Positions 29,433 to 39,110 are shown, numbered from the stretch's first letter. The stretch: 64,000 nt of DNA from Deltaproteobacteria bacterium (GCA_016177765.1 JACOUP010000008.1:836864-900863); one strand, 5' to 3'. The notes: generated by a model not told the origin, from the sequence alone. Numbers and translations: made by a program.

Positions 29433-30379
29433 TGAAAGCGATCCTTGCCGGTGGCTGTTTCTGGTGTGTCGAGCATGCCTTTCGGGGGTTGAAAGGGGTG
29501 ACCGAGGTTGTCTCCGGTTATATCGGCGGCCGGGCCGCCGACCCCACTTATGAAGAAGTCTCTTCGGGTAAAACCGGTCATCTGGAGGCGATTGAAGTGA
29601 CCTACGACTCTTCTCAAGTCAGCTATTTCGGGCTCCTCGATTTTTTCTGGAGACAGGTGGATCCGACCGATGCCGGCGGGCAATTTGTGGACCGCGGGAG
29701 CCAGTACCGGACTGCCATTTTTTACGAAAATGAAGAACAAAAACGGATCGCCGAGAAATCGAAAGAAGAACTGAGTCAATCGGGGCGTTACAACAAACCG
29801 ATTGTCACCGAGATCCTTCCAGCCACAATCTTTTATCCGGCTGAAAAATACCATCAGGATTATTCTCGCAAAAATCCGGTCCGCTATGCCCTTTATAGTT
29901 TACACTCCGGCCGAGAGCAGTCCCTGCTCCGCAACACCCTCAATCCGAAGCAGTATGAGGTGACCCAATGCGGCGGCACGGAACCCCCTTTCCAAAATGA
30001 ATATTGGGATAACAAAAAAGAGGGGATCTATGTCGATGTCGTTTCAGGCGAGCCGCTTTTCAGTTCCCTCGACAAGTTCGATTCCGGGACCGGATGGCCC
30101 AGCTTTACTCGCCCACTCGAACCTCAAAATATTGTTGAGAACGAAGATAACAGTTTTGGCGTGAAAAGGACCGAGGTGAAGAGCCGCAAGGCCGGCTCGC
30201 ACCTGGGTCACCTCTTCCCCGACGGCCCCACCGGCGGGACCGGCCCCGCCCCAACAGGACTTCGTTACTGCATCAACTCCGCCTCGCTTCGTTTCATCCC
30301 CAAGGAGGATTTGGATAAGGAGGGGTATGGGGAATACCTCCAGTTTTTTCCTCTGTCTACGCAGACGCTTCCTCTTTAA
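29429..30379 (+). CDS. msrAB: bifunctional peptide-methionine (S)- and (R)-S-oxide reductase MsrA/MsrB
   Basis: MsrA GCFWC motif at the N-terminus. MsrB CGWPSF-type and RYCINSASL motifs in the C-terminal half. Confidence 0.9.
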   Translation: MMKAILAGGCFWCVEHAFRGLKGVTEVVSGYIGGRAADPTYEEVSSGKTGHLEAIEVTYDSSQVSYFGLLDFFWRQVDPTDAGGQFVDRGSQYRTAIFYENEEQKRIAEKSKEELSQSGRYNKPIVTEILPATIFYPAEKYHQDYSRKNPVRYALYSLHSGREQSLLRNTLNPKQYEVTQCGGTEPPFQNEYWDNKKEGIYVDVVSGEPLFSSLDKFDSGTGWPSFTRPLEPQNIVENEDNSFGVKRTEVKSRKAGSHLGHLFPDGPTGGTGPAPTGLRYCINSASLRFIPKEDLDKEGYGEYLQFFPLSTQTLPL

Positions 30380-30430
30380 AATCATTTGAACCTTTACAAT
30401 CGTCCAGTTATCGTCTATTATTCGTCTAAC

Positions 30431-31459
30431 ATGTTTCAACCTAAATTCAGCGTATCCGATTTATTATTAAATAATATCAAGAAGATAGCTATCTTCACAA
30501 CAGAACTAAACCGCCAATCTTTTTCTAAAACCGTGTTAGCCAGTTTTGAAAAAAAAGCCAATGTCCTCTCTACTCATACCTCCACCAGCATCGAAGGGAA
30601 TCCGTTACCGCTGACGGAAGTCAAAAAACTTTTGAAATCAAGACCTGAAAATATTCGGGATACGGAAAGAGAAATTCTCAATTACAACCGTATACTGGAA
30701 GAAATGAACGAAAAAATAAAACGGGGTTCCATCGCAATCGACATCCCCTTCATTTGTTGTGTTCAGCAAGAAATCACCACCGGTCTTATCGAAAAATTCC
30801 GGTGTGGGAAATTACGCACGGAACCAATTTTTGTCAATGATCCGCGAAGCGGAAAAACGGTTTATTGGTCTCCGGATCATCGAGATGTTCCAAAGATGAT
30901 GGATAACCTGATCCGGTTTGTAAAAGAAAAACGGGGTCACATTGAACCTCTGATCTTGGCCGGTATTTTTCACAAGGAGCTTGTCATCATTCATCCCTTT
31001 ATGGATGGGAACGGACGTACAGCACGTCTTGTAGCCAAGGCCCTGCTTGCCGACATGGGCCTCAATACATTCAATCTTTTTAGTTTCGAAAATTATTACA
31101 ACAAAAACGTTGCCGCCTATTTTCAAAATGTTGGGATATTGGGAAATTATTATGAACTGTCAGACACTATCGATTTTACGCAATGGCTGGAATATTTTAC
31201 CGGTGGTATTATCGATGAATTGTTGCGTGTCAAAAAAGAACTAGAGACGGAACTGGCATCGCCAGAGCTTGTGTTACAATCGCATCACAAAAAATTACTC
31301 GATTTCATCAAAAAGAACGACTTCATCACTGATCGCGATTATTCAAAATTGACCCAACGGGCCAAGGCCACACGGGCACTCGATTTTAAAAAATTGTTGG
31401 AGATGGATCTCATTAAGCGCTTCGGTAAAGGAAGGCTGACGCATTATAAAATGAAATAA
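30431..31459 (+). CDS. Fic family protein
   Basis: Canonical Fic motif HPFMDGNGRTARL. The gene and its flanks are markedly AT-rich relative to their neighbours. Confidence 0.85.
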   Translation: MFQPKFSVSDLLLNNIKKIAIFTTELNRQSFSKTVLASFEKKANVLSTHTSTSIEGNPLPLTEVKKLLKSRPENIRDTEREILNYNRILEEMNEKIKRGSIAIDIPFICCVQQEITTGLIEKFRCGKLRTEPIFVNDPRSGKTVYWSPDHRDVPKMMDNLIRFVKEKRGHIEPLILAGIFHKELVIIHPFMDGNGRTARLVAKALLADMGLNTFNLFSFENYYNKNVAAYFQNVGILGNYYELSDTIDFTQWLEYFTGGIIDELLRVKKELETELASPELVLQSHHKKLLDFIKKNDFITDRDYSKLTQRAKATRALDFKKLLEMDLIKRFGKGRLTHYKMK

Positions 31460-31576
31460 ATTAATGGCTCAAAAAAACAGGACCTAGGTCAGATTCGGGA
31501 TTGACTAAAAACCATCTTCGTGTTGGGTGAGGCCGGAAGATGTGATTGAGGTACAAAAATAACGCGGGAGGAGACC

Positions 31577-32425
31577 ATGAATGGAAATGACGAGATTGCC
31601 GAGTTGCAAAACTACATAAAGGGGCTTATTCCCAAGGGAAGGAAAAAATTGACCCTGGTGGTTCTGGTTTTTGGCCTCATCGCGATAGCCAAATCAGTTA
31701 CGATTATTCCCGCAGGACACGTGGGATTAAAGGATTTCTTCGGGAATGTCTCGGATAGGACACTTTCTGCCGGATTGCACCTCGTCAATCCATTGCTCAG
31801 AATCCATAAACTTTCAATTCGGACACAAGAAGTGACAGAACAGGCCAATGTTCCCTCAAAAGAAGGTTTGAGTGTTCATTTGGATGTTTCACTCTTATCC
31901 AGCCTCAATCCCGAGAAGGCGGCCCAAGTCTACAAGACGGTCGGGCCCGACTACATTCGGGTCGTGGTTATTCCACAACTTCGATCAGTGATCCGGGGTG
32001 TGACCGCTGGCTACGAAGCAAAAGCTCTTTATACCTCAGAGCGTGAGGCGATCGCGAACGAGATGTTTTCCCATTTGCAGGGACCCCTCTTGGAGCGCGG
32101 GGTCACCGTTGAAAAAGTCCTCTTGAGGAGTGCCACATTGCCGGCTATTCTTGCGACGGCGATCGAAAAAAAGCTGGAGGCGGAACAACAATCGGAACAG
32201 ATGAAGTTCGTTCTTAATAAAGAAACGCAAGAAGCCGACCGAAAGAGGATCGAGGCCCAAGGGATCGCCGACTTTCAGAAGATCGTCACCACCGGGCTTA
32301 CCGATTTATTTCTTCGCTGGAAGGGAATTGAGGCCACATCAAAGCTCGCCGACGGTCAAAACAGCAAGCTGGTCGTCATTGGAAGCGGAAAGGACGGATT
32401 GCCGATCATCTTGGGAGGACAATAG
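31577..32425 (+). CDS. SPFH/band 7 (prohibitin-like) domain protein
   Basis: N-terminal TM anchor, then an SPFH domain and a coiled-coil region (EAEQQSEQMKF...). Confidence 0.8.
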   Translation: MNGNDEIAELQNYIKGLIPKGRKKLTLVVLVFGLIAIAKSVTIIPAGHVGLKDFFGNVSDRTLSAGLHLVNPLLRIHKLSIRTQEVTEQANVPSKEGLSVHLDVSLLSSLNPEKAAQVYKTVGPDYIRVVVIPQLRSVIRGVTAGYEAKALYTSEREAIANEMFSHLQGPLLERGVTVEKVLLRSATLPAILATAIEKKLEAEQQSEQMKFVLNKETQEADRKRIEAQGIADFQKIVTTGLTDLFLRWKGIEATSKLADGQNSKLVVIGSGKDGLPIILGGQ

Positions 32426-32554
32426 GGAGTTTGGGGTACGGCGAACTAAATTCTGAATAAAAATTCAAACTTCTTCAAGGAAAAATTGCCAAGCCGAAAG
32501 GCGTTCCAGACGGTTTCAGGATCGCTGGAATAGAGAACAAGGCCGAGTTTCATC

Positions 32555-32980
32555 CTATCCCTCCATTGATGACCTCTTGTACATCACCCCGATGATCATG
32601 CCGGCGACCAGCATGTCGATCATTGCGATGACAAACCACGCGACTGCGAGAAAGAGCGAAACCGGCCACATGATGTAGGTCCAAACCGACATCGGAATGG
32701 CGGTCAAGAGACCGATTGTCAAACCGAAGCGCAGCCCCTCGGCAAGCGGGCTTCTCTTCCCTTCATAGCCGCGGTGGAAAATATAGACGACGATGAACGA
32801 TGTGATGAGCGTTGAAAACCAGCCTAGAGGCATGAGCCGGTTCATATCTGTCATTGGCCTCCAGATTGATGCGGTTGTGGCATAGGTTTCTTTCAAGAAT
32901 AGGCCATGAAAGATTGCTTCGAGCATTGTAACGACCACCGCCACGATGACGGCTGTGAGTCCCCACCTCTTCTTATCCAT
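32555..32980 (-). CDS. hypothetical membrane protein
   Basis: Four predicted TM helices; no motif recognised. Confidence 0.5.
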   Translation of the reverse strand: MDKKRWGLTAVIVAVVVTMLEAIFHGLFLKETYATTASIWRPMTDMNRLMPLGWFSTLITSFIVVYIFHRGYEGKRSPLAEGLRFGLTIGLLTAIPMSVWTYIMWPVSLFLAVAWFVIAMIDMLVAGMIIGVMYKRSSMEG

Positions 32981-33146
32981 AAATCCTCCTGATGCCCCTC
33001 AATCGGGGCAATGATTATTTTCTCACTGAACGGTACCCAAATATGAAACGGGTTGTCCACGTTTAAAATGGGCTCTTTGAGGTTCCCGTTTTTGTATGTA
33101 CCGGTATGTATGTACCGGGTACACGCCTAAATCCCTGAAAAATAAA

Positions 33147-33331
33147 GGGGTGGGATTCGCCCTTCGCTAAAGACAGGCCAATCACGCTCAGGGCGTCAGC
33201 GCCTCACTTCCGGCGGCCGGAATTGGCCGCCTCATCCTCCCTCATTGGTCGGCGTTCGGCGCCGTTCTCATCCCACCAACAGAATTCAATAAAAAAGCCT
33301 CCACGAGGGAGGCTTTTTTTATTGATGCTCC
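33147..33331. repeat. Composite repeat copy A (units U1 + U2): tRNA 3-prime-end mimic, GC hairpin, and perfect terminator hairpin aaaaaagcctccacgagggaggcttttttt
   Basis: Near-identical to 45407..45673. U1 is 33147..33249 and U2 is 33250..33331. The terminator hairpin is at 33291..33320. Confidence 0.85.
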
Positions 33332-33340
33332 CCGTATTGG

Positions 33341-33775
33341 GTGCGAACCCGAACTGAACTCCGGCGTTATAAAACGTTTACCATTGAGTTCCATGGGGGC
33401 GTCTTTACCGGATTCCGGAACTACACCCACTACCTCGTCCGGCCTGACGAACCGATTCCCCTTCAATTGCTCCGCAAGACTCACGTCAACATAGGTCCAC
33501 CACGGCCAAAATGCCACCCTATTTCAGGCCAGCCTCTTATGTACGGCCAAACCCCCTTCGGGTTCAAGAACATCAATGGCACCCTTATAGAAGACCCCTT
33601 GGAGCAATTCATCCTCAAACAGATGCGGGAAATGCGCCAGAAGGGGTCTAGCCTCAACGAGATTGCCCGCTATTTAACGAATTCTGGGATCCCGACCAAG
33701 AATGGTGGACGGTGGCAGAGCAATACAGTGAATCAAATCTTGTCGCGTCTTAATTCTGGTTCACGATCTTTTTAA
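33341..33775 (+). pseudogene. remnant of a large serine recombinase (recombinase domain only; catalytic resolvase domain missing)
   Basis: PFGFKNINGTLIEDPLEQFILKQMREMRQKGSSLNEIARYLTNSGIPTKNGGRWQSNTVNQILS matches the serine-recombinase recombinase domain. Only 144 aa; no resolvase catalytic domain upstream. Confidence 0.6.
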
Positions 33776-33795
33776 ACCAATGCATTCCCATCGGC

Positions 33796-34452
33796 TCACT
33801 TTCTGAATCTCTTATAAATCACCGGAACAAGCGACAACAGCACGAACAAAATCGTTGAAAGGATCAGATGGAAGGTCGCCTTCTCTTTGGCTCCCGTTGC
33901 CCCGCTTAGAAGGGAGGCGGCGAAGTAGGTATAGACAAAGGTGCCGGGGATCATCCCCAAAAAAGAGGCAAGGGCGTAGTCGGTAAATCGGACCTTGGAA
34001 AGACCGGCACCGAAGTTGATTCCGTTGAAAGGGAAAAGAGGGACGAGCCTGAGATAAAAGGTCAGGCGAAAACCGTGACTCGCCGCTTGTTCATCGAACT
34101 CCTTCCATTTTCCTTTCAGAAAACGCGAGACAAAATCCCGTCCCAAGTATCGTGCCCCGAAGAAACCGGCACCGGCGGCAAGGTTCGAGGCAATCACGTT
34201 GTAGAAAAATCCGGGGATGACCCCATACAGGGCACCGATGGCTAAAGTCAGGGCCGAACCGGGAAGACCAAACAACCCCCCGATGCCATAGACAAGAATG
34301 AGAACAATCGGAATCCACCAGAGTTCATGGGCTGATTTTGTAAGGGCGATGAGATGGCTTGGAGTCAAGAGTTGCCGCAAGGGTGTAAAAAAGTAGGCGG
34401 CGAACCCGCCAACCAAGATCAACAGAAAAAGAAGTGGCTTAAAATTCTTCAT
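33796..34452 (-). CDS. TVP38/TMEM64 (DedA-like) family membrane protein
   Basis: DedA/SNARE-associated signature (GxxxGFxxxG...FPFNGINFGAG). Confidence 0.75.
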   Translation of the reverse strand: MKNFKPLLFLLILVGGFAAYFFTPLRQLLTPSHLIALTKSAHELWWIPIVLILVYGIGGLFGLPGSALTLAIGALYGVIPGFFYNVIASNLAAGAGFFGARYLGRDFVSRFLKGKWKEFDEQAASHGFRLTFYLRLVPLFPFNGINFGAGLSKVRFTDYALASFLGMIPGTFVYTYFAASLLSGATGAKEKATFHLILSTILFVLLSLVPVIYKRFRK

Positions 34453-35062
34453 CGAGATCCGAGAGTGTTTTTAAAAGTTCGACCTTGAGGCGGCTTCTGT
34501 TGGCCTTTTCAAGAGTCTTATTGAGAACCTTTTCCGTACTCCAAGGAATTCCTTCAAAAAGAAAGGGATGCGCCTTCTTCATCCCGATCAGATAATAACC
34601 CCCGTCCTTGGCCGGGCCGAGGACAAGATCGGCTTTATCCAGATGATCAAAGGCATCGCACAAGAGTGATCGGTCTATCTCGACACAATCGGTGCCAATT
34701 AAGACGGTTCGGTCTGAACCATTCACTAACGATTCCTGAAAGGCCGCTGACATTCGTTGTCCCAAATCTCCATCACCTTGCGGCTTTATCTCCAAAGATG
34801 GAAACCATTGCCTGAAATCGTTTTCCTTTTGAGGAGGATCGAAACATAGAGTCCGTCGATACTCACCATTCAATGGAAGCGTCTTTTTTATGACCGTCTC
34901 GATCATTTCCCGATAGCGAAGGGCCGCCTCGACTGCGCCCACGGTTCGGGCCAATCGGGTCTTCACTTTCCCTGCCTCTGGGTACTTCGCAAAGATGAGG
35001 AGACGGTTGTTCAACAACAGTTTCCTTTCTGAGGCATCTCTCCGACCACTTTCAATCCGCAA
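34439..35062 (-). CDS. TIGR04282/DUF2064 family protein (arsenosugar-cluster associated)
   Basis: LLIFAKYPEAGKVKTRL N-terminal motif of DUF2064. The true start is probably a TTG near 35020. Confidence 0.7.
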   Translation of the reverse strand: MRIESGRRDASERKLLLNNRLLIFAKYPEAGKVKTRLARTVGAVEAALRYREMIETVIKKTLPLNGEYRRTLCFDPPQKENDFRQWFPSLEIKPQGDGDLGQRMSAAFQESLVNGSDRTVLIGTDCVEIDRSLLCDAFDHLDKADLVLGPAKDGGYYLIGMKKAHPFLFEGIPWSTEKVLNKTLEKANRSRLKVELLKTLSDLDEEF

Positions 35063-36057
35063 TCAAAAAGCCCATAGTGGGTAGAGAGATCGCCGGTCAC
35101 GTTGAAGTGTGAGGCATACCGTGTCTGTTGAAGCATCGCGGCGGTATTGCTACAAACCGGAACCGGTCGTCCTTTTTCAAAGAGGTGATGGTCATCCAGA
35201 AAGAAGGCATGAGGTGATTCCGGAATTGTTCCCAAGTAGGTAGCGATCTGTCCGTAATCCTCACATCGGTCTTCGAGTTTCATTTTGAATGCCCGGATCG
35301 TCGTCGACCAGAAGTCGATCATCCCCGCCTTTGCCTCCACCCCCGGATTTTTCAACTCAATCCGGGAACGGGAGGCAACACGATAATCGTGGCATCCAAC
35401 CTCAAGAAGAAGACGGCGAAAGTCTTCGAGGTAAAGGGCACCACCGAGGCACTCACCCAAGAGGACTGGATCTTCCGACAATTCCTTCGGCATCCGGCGA
35501 CCGGTAAAAATATCAGAAAAGTAAAGCTCTCCGCCTGGCTTCAAGACACGAAAGATTTCGGAGAAGACCCGACGCTTATCGGATGAGAGATTGATGACGC
35601 AGTTCGAGACAATCAGATCGACGGAGTTATTTTTGATCCCAAGCGATTCAAGATCCTCGATGTATCCCTTTAAGAAACGGATGTTCGATTGTGAGTAGCC
35701 AAACTGCCTCATCTGGTAGGGGAGATGTCGTCTTGCCACTTCCAGTTGTTCGTCGGTCATATCGACGCCGATGACCTGACCTTCCGGACCGACCAACTTG
35801 GAAAGGATGTAGGAATCGCGTCCGGTGCCGCACCCAAGGTCCAGGACCGTCAGCCCTTTCAAGACCGATGGGATCGGAGAGCCACAGCCATAACATTTTT
35901 CGATAATCTCCGGGTGAATCATCTTCACAATTTTACGGAGATGGGACGGAAAACTATTGGTGCCGCAACAGGCGTTGGTCTTGAGGTCTTTTTTTCCCGT
36001 CAGGACCTTCCCGTAATAATTTTTAACTTCTTCTTTTGGATTCATTATCTGTGACAT
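35011..36057 (-). CDS. arsM: arsenite S-adenosylmethionine methyltransferase
   Basis: SAM-binding VLDLGCGTG, the ArsM-typical SNCVINLS motif, and conserved cysteines (N-terminal CC, C-terminal CC). Confidence 0.8.
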   Translation of the reverse strand: MSQIMNPKEEVKNYYGKVLTGKKDLKTNACCGTNSFPSHLRKIVKMIHPEIIEKCYGCGSPIPSVLKGLTVLDLGCGTGRDSYILSKLVGPEGQVIGVDMTDEQLEVARRHLPYQMRQFGYSQSNIRFLKGYIEDLESLGIKNNSVDLIVSNCVINLSSDKRRVFSEIFRVLKPGGELYFSDIFTGRRMPKELSEDPVLLGECLGGALYLEDFRRLLLEVGCHDYRVASRSRIELKNPGVEAKAGMIDFWSTTIRAFKMKLEDRCEDYGQIATYLGTIPESPHAFFLDDHHLFEKGRPVPVCSNTAAMLQQTRYASHFNVTGDLSTHYGLFDCGLKVVGEMPQKGNCC

Positions 36058-36075
36058 GCGAATTTCCTCCCTTTC

Positions 36076-37032
36076 TTAAATCAGTGAACCGGAACAGGAG
36101 CTTCCAGCACCTGCGGTACAACCGTAACAGTGATTCGCAAACTGAATCGGGTCGGATGCCAGTTCATCAAATGACTCGATCTCCCAAATCGTTCTTCTTT
36201 TTCCTCCAAGTGGAATCTCAAGCATCTGATTAAAATCACAATCGTAGATTTTGCCATCCCAGCTTATGGAAACGAGGTTGCGACACATCACATGACCGGC
36301 CGCCTCTTGGTTGAAATGGGTCACCAGAAGGTCGGTGTATTGATCCAACTCACCTCGACGTTCCAAATAATCGTGAAATCTCTTGATCGGCATGTTGGTG
36401 ATCGTGAGCAGGTGATTAAATTCGATGTCGAAGAGTTCTTTCAGTTCCTTTTTGTAATCGTCCTCCAACTCCGATTGAGGTGGTGGTAGGAAAGGACCGA
36501 CCGGATTGTAAACAAGATCAAGGAGAAGACCGGTTCCCTCTTTTCCATATCCCAACTCATTCAGGAGCCGAAGCGCCCGGATACTTTTATCAAAGACCCC
36601 GTGGCCCCGTTGGGCCTCGACGTTTTCTTTAGAGTAACACGGAAGTGATGCGACGATCTGAACACGATGTTCCTTGAGGAAACCCGGAGTCTCCTCCTGG
36701 CCCTTTTGAAAAAGAACCGTCAGATTACAGCGATCAATCACCTCGCGTCCGAGGTTTCTCGATTCCTCAACCAGAAAACAAAAGTTCGGATTGAGTTCCG
36801 GCGCCCCGCCGGTCAGATCAACCGTCCGAATCGTGGGTGACTTCTTCAAAAGTTCCATGAGCCGTTCGGCGATCTTTCGCTCCATGATCTCGGTCCGCTT
36901 CGGCCCCGCCTCTACATGGCAATGAAGACAGGCGAGATCACACAGCTTGCCGACATTGATCTGCAAAATCTCAAGCGGCTTCCGTCTGATTTCGAGCCGG
37001 TTCTTTTTTAATATCTCCATGAACGGGATCAT
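36076..37032 (-). CDS. arsS: arsenosugar biosynthesis radical SAM protein ArsS-like
   Basis: CxxxCxxC radical-SAM motif (CDLACLHC) and a C-terminal cysteine cluster CYGCTAGAGSSCSG. Confidence 0.75.
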   Translation of the reverse strand: MIPFMEILKKNRLEIRRKPLEILQINVGKLCDLACLHCHVEAGPKRTEIMERKIAERLMELLKKSPTIRTVDLTGGAPELNPNFCFLVEESRNLGREVIDRCNLTVLFQKGQEETPGFLKEHRVQIVASLPCYSKENVEAQRGHGVFDKSIRALRLLNELGYGKEGTGLLLDLVYNPVGPFLPPPQSELEDDYKKELKELFDIEFNHLLTITNMPIKRFHDYLERRGELDQYTDLLVTHFNQEAAGHVMCRNLVSISWDGKIYDCDFNQMLEIPLGGKRRTIWEIESFDELASDPIQFANHCYGCTAGAGSSCSGSLI

Positions 37033-37660
37033 GAAAAACCCTCCGTCTAAAATTGACAATTATTTCCAACGAAACCCCCAGTCGCCAGAAAATCATCGTG
37101 AGCCAATTGACCAGCGTTGTCTTGAGATAACCGTGTCGTTCCCATCTCCTGCTACTTGTCACTGCTTTCTTCGGGTAGAAACAAAGAGGGCCTAAGGTCT
37201 TCATCTTTTGAATGAGCAGGACATCCTCCAAAAGTGGTGCCTCCGGGTAACCCCCCAACTTTTTAAAATGGGCCTTGCGAATGAAAATCGCCTGATCGCC
37301 GTAGGGGAGTTGAAAAATTCTTTCGCGAAGCCGAACACCAAACTCGATCAGACAACTCTTGAAACCATTTTGGTCCAACGCGAATCGAAAGGCCCCGCCT
37401 ACGAGTTCCGGCCTTTGATTCATGACTTGGGCAAGTTCGATAAGATCATCCGGATTCACTTTTGTGTCGGCATGAAGAAAAACGAGCAAGTCTCCTTTTG
37501 CCTTCGCCGCACCCACATTCATCTGATAGGCACGATTGGCGATTCCTGTCTTTTCCGCATCAATAACGATGACCTCCAATTGAGAATCTTTCTCAAGTTC
37601 GGAAAGATTTCGCTTGAGATGAACGCCGTCGTTCAAAGAAGGAATGATGACGCTGATCAT
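36971..37660 (-). CDS. family 2 glycosyltransferase (TIGR04283-like, arsenosugar-cluster associated)
   Basis: GT2 N-terminus (ISVIIPSLN...DAEKT). Positioned upstream of arsS/arsM. Confidence 0.7.
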   Translation of the reverse strand: MISVIIPSLNDGVHLKRNLSELEKDSQLEVIVIDAEKTGIANRAYQMNVGAAKAKGDLLVFLHADTKVNPDDLIELAQVMNQRPELVGGAFRFALDQNGFKSCLIEFGVRLRERIFQLPYGDQAIFIRKAHFKKLGGYPEAPLLEDVLLIQKMKTLGPLCFYPKKAVTSSRRWERHGYLKTTLVNWLTMIFWRLGVSLEIIVNFRRRVFHDPVHGDIKKEPARNQTEAA

Positions 37661-39084
37661 TCGAACCTCCATTGGAAAAATCTTTTCAGCCATTTTTGTG
37701 TTCGAGGAGAAAGTCGGGATCGCTGATAGGTGTCGGCGATCCGTTTGGAGATTTCGGCGAGTGTCGGATAGATGTGAATCATCGAGGCGACTTTTTTCAG
37801 TCCGATCCTTTGGTGCATCGCCAACGCAAGTTCGTGCAGGAGATCCCCGGCATGAGAACCGACGATGGTTACACCCAACAACTGGTCCGATCCCTTCTCG
37901 GTCAACACCTTGATGAATCCCTCATCCTCACGGTCACAGACGGCGCGATCCAAATCCTTGAAGGAATAAGAATAAATGTCATGGTGGAGACCCTTTTCCT
38001 TGGCTTCTTTTTCGTTCAAGCCAACTCGCGCCACCTCCGGATCGGTGAAGGTGCACCAGGGGACAACACGGTAGTCGATCTTCGATTTTCCGGGAAAGAG
38101 TGCATTTCTTAGGATCAGTCGAGCCTGAAAATCGGCGGTGTGGGTGAATTGATAAGGACCGACGACATCGCCACAGGCATAGATATGTTTGGAGGAAGTT
38201 CGGAGAGTGTCGTCCACCTCGATCCCTTTTTTTGAGAATTTTATTCCCGCCTTCTCCAAGTCAAGGTTGTTCACGTTTGGGGCACGACCGACGGCGACTA
38301 GAATTTTGTCGAACGGGATTCGTTTTTCCTTTTGGCCTTCTTGTACGGTCAGCTCAAAAGATTCACCCGATTTAATTTCAACCGCCTTGTGTCCCGTCAA
38401 GACCTCAATCCCTTCACGTTCAAATCTCTCCTTGATGAGAGCAGAAACCTCCACATCCTCCCGGATAAGAAGGGAGTCCAACATTTCAACGACAGTAACC
38501 TTCGATCCCAATCGGGTGAAGACCTGTGTCAGTTCGGCACCAATCGGGCCTCCGCCGAGGACGACAAGCCGCTTTGGAACTTCCGTAAGCCCCCAGATAT
38601 TATCGCTGGTCAGGATCGGCACTTCTTGAATCCCCTTGATCGGTGGCACAAAGGGGGAGGCTCCGGTAGCAATGACAAATCGTTTTGCCGACAGGGTGAC
38701 GGTTCCATCGGTGATCTCGTAGGGGGAGATGAATCGAAAGGAACCAAAGTGAAGAGCAACACCGAGTCCACGGAACCGGTCGGGTGAATCATGCGGCTCC
38801 AATTTTTCCTGCACCGACCGAACCGATTTCATGATTTGGGAAAGATTGATTTCCGGATTGAGATCGGAAAGGCCAAACCGATTCCCCGTCCTCGCATCAT
38901 ATAAAAGCTTCGCCGTTCGGATGATCGCCTTCGATGGGACACAACCGGTATTGAGGCAATCGCCGCCCATCTTCTGTTTCTCGACTAAGGCGACCTTTAC
39001 TCCCAACCCTGCCGCACCGGCCGCCGACACGAGGCCACCCGATCCGGCGCCGATGACAATCAAGTGGTATTTTCTCAGGTTCAT
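37657..39084 (-). CDS. FAD-dependent pyridine nucleotide-disulfide oxidoreductase (dihydrolipoyl dehydrogenase/MerA-like core, no NmerA and no C-terminal Cys pair)
   Basis: GAGSGG FAD motif, redox-active GDCLNTGCVPSK disulfide, and a dimerisation domain. Confidence 0.8.
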   Translation of the reverse strand: MNLRKYHLIVIGAGSGGLVSAAGAAGLGVKVALVEKQKMGGDCLNTGCVPSKAIIRTAKLLYDARTGNRFGLSDLNPEINLSQIMKSVRSVQEKLEPHDSPDRFRGLGVALHFGSFRFISPYEITDGTVTLSAKRFVIATGASPFVPPIKGIQEVPILTSDNIWGLTEVPKRLVVLGGGPIGAELTQVFTRLGSKVTVVEMLDSLLIREDVEVSALIKERFEREGIEVLTGHKAVEIKSGESFELTVQEGQKEKRIPFDKILVAVGRAPNVNNLDLEKAGIKFSKKGIEVDDTLRTSSKHIYACGDVVGPYQFTHTADFQARLILRNALFPGKSKIDYRVVPWCTFTDPEVARVGLNEKEAKEKGLHHDIYSYSFKDLDRAVCDREDEGFIKVLTEKGSDQLLGVTIVGSHAGDLLHELALAMHQRIGLKKVASMIHIYPTLAEISKRIADTYQRSRLSPRTQKWLKRFFQWRFE

Positions 39085-39110
39085 GGAAGCCTCTTCAATT
39101 CATGAATTCT

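Noticed and set aside
37657-39084. Candidate mercuric reductase MerA for the mer operon
   Set aside because: It lacks the N-terminal HMA (NmerA) domain and the diagnostic C-terminal vicinal cysteine pair (the protein ends ...QWRFE). Called a generic disulfide oxidoreductase instead.
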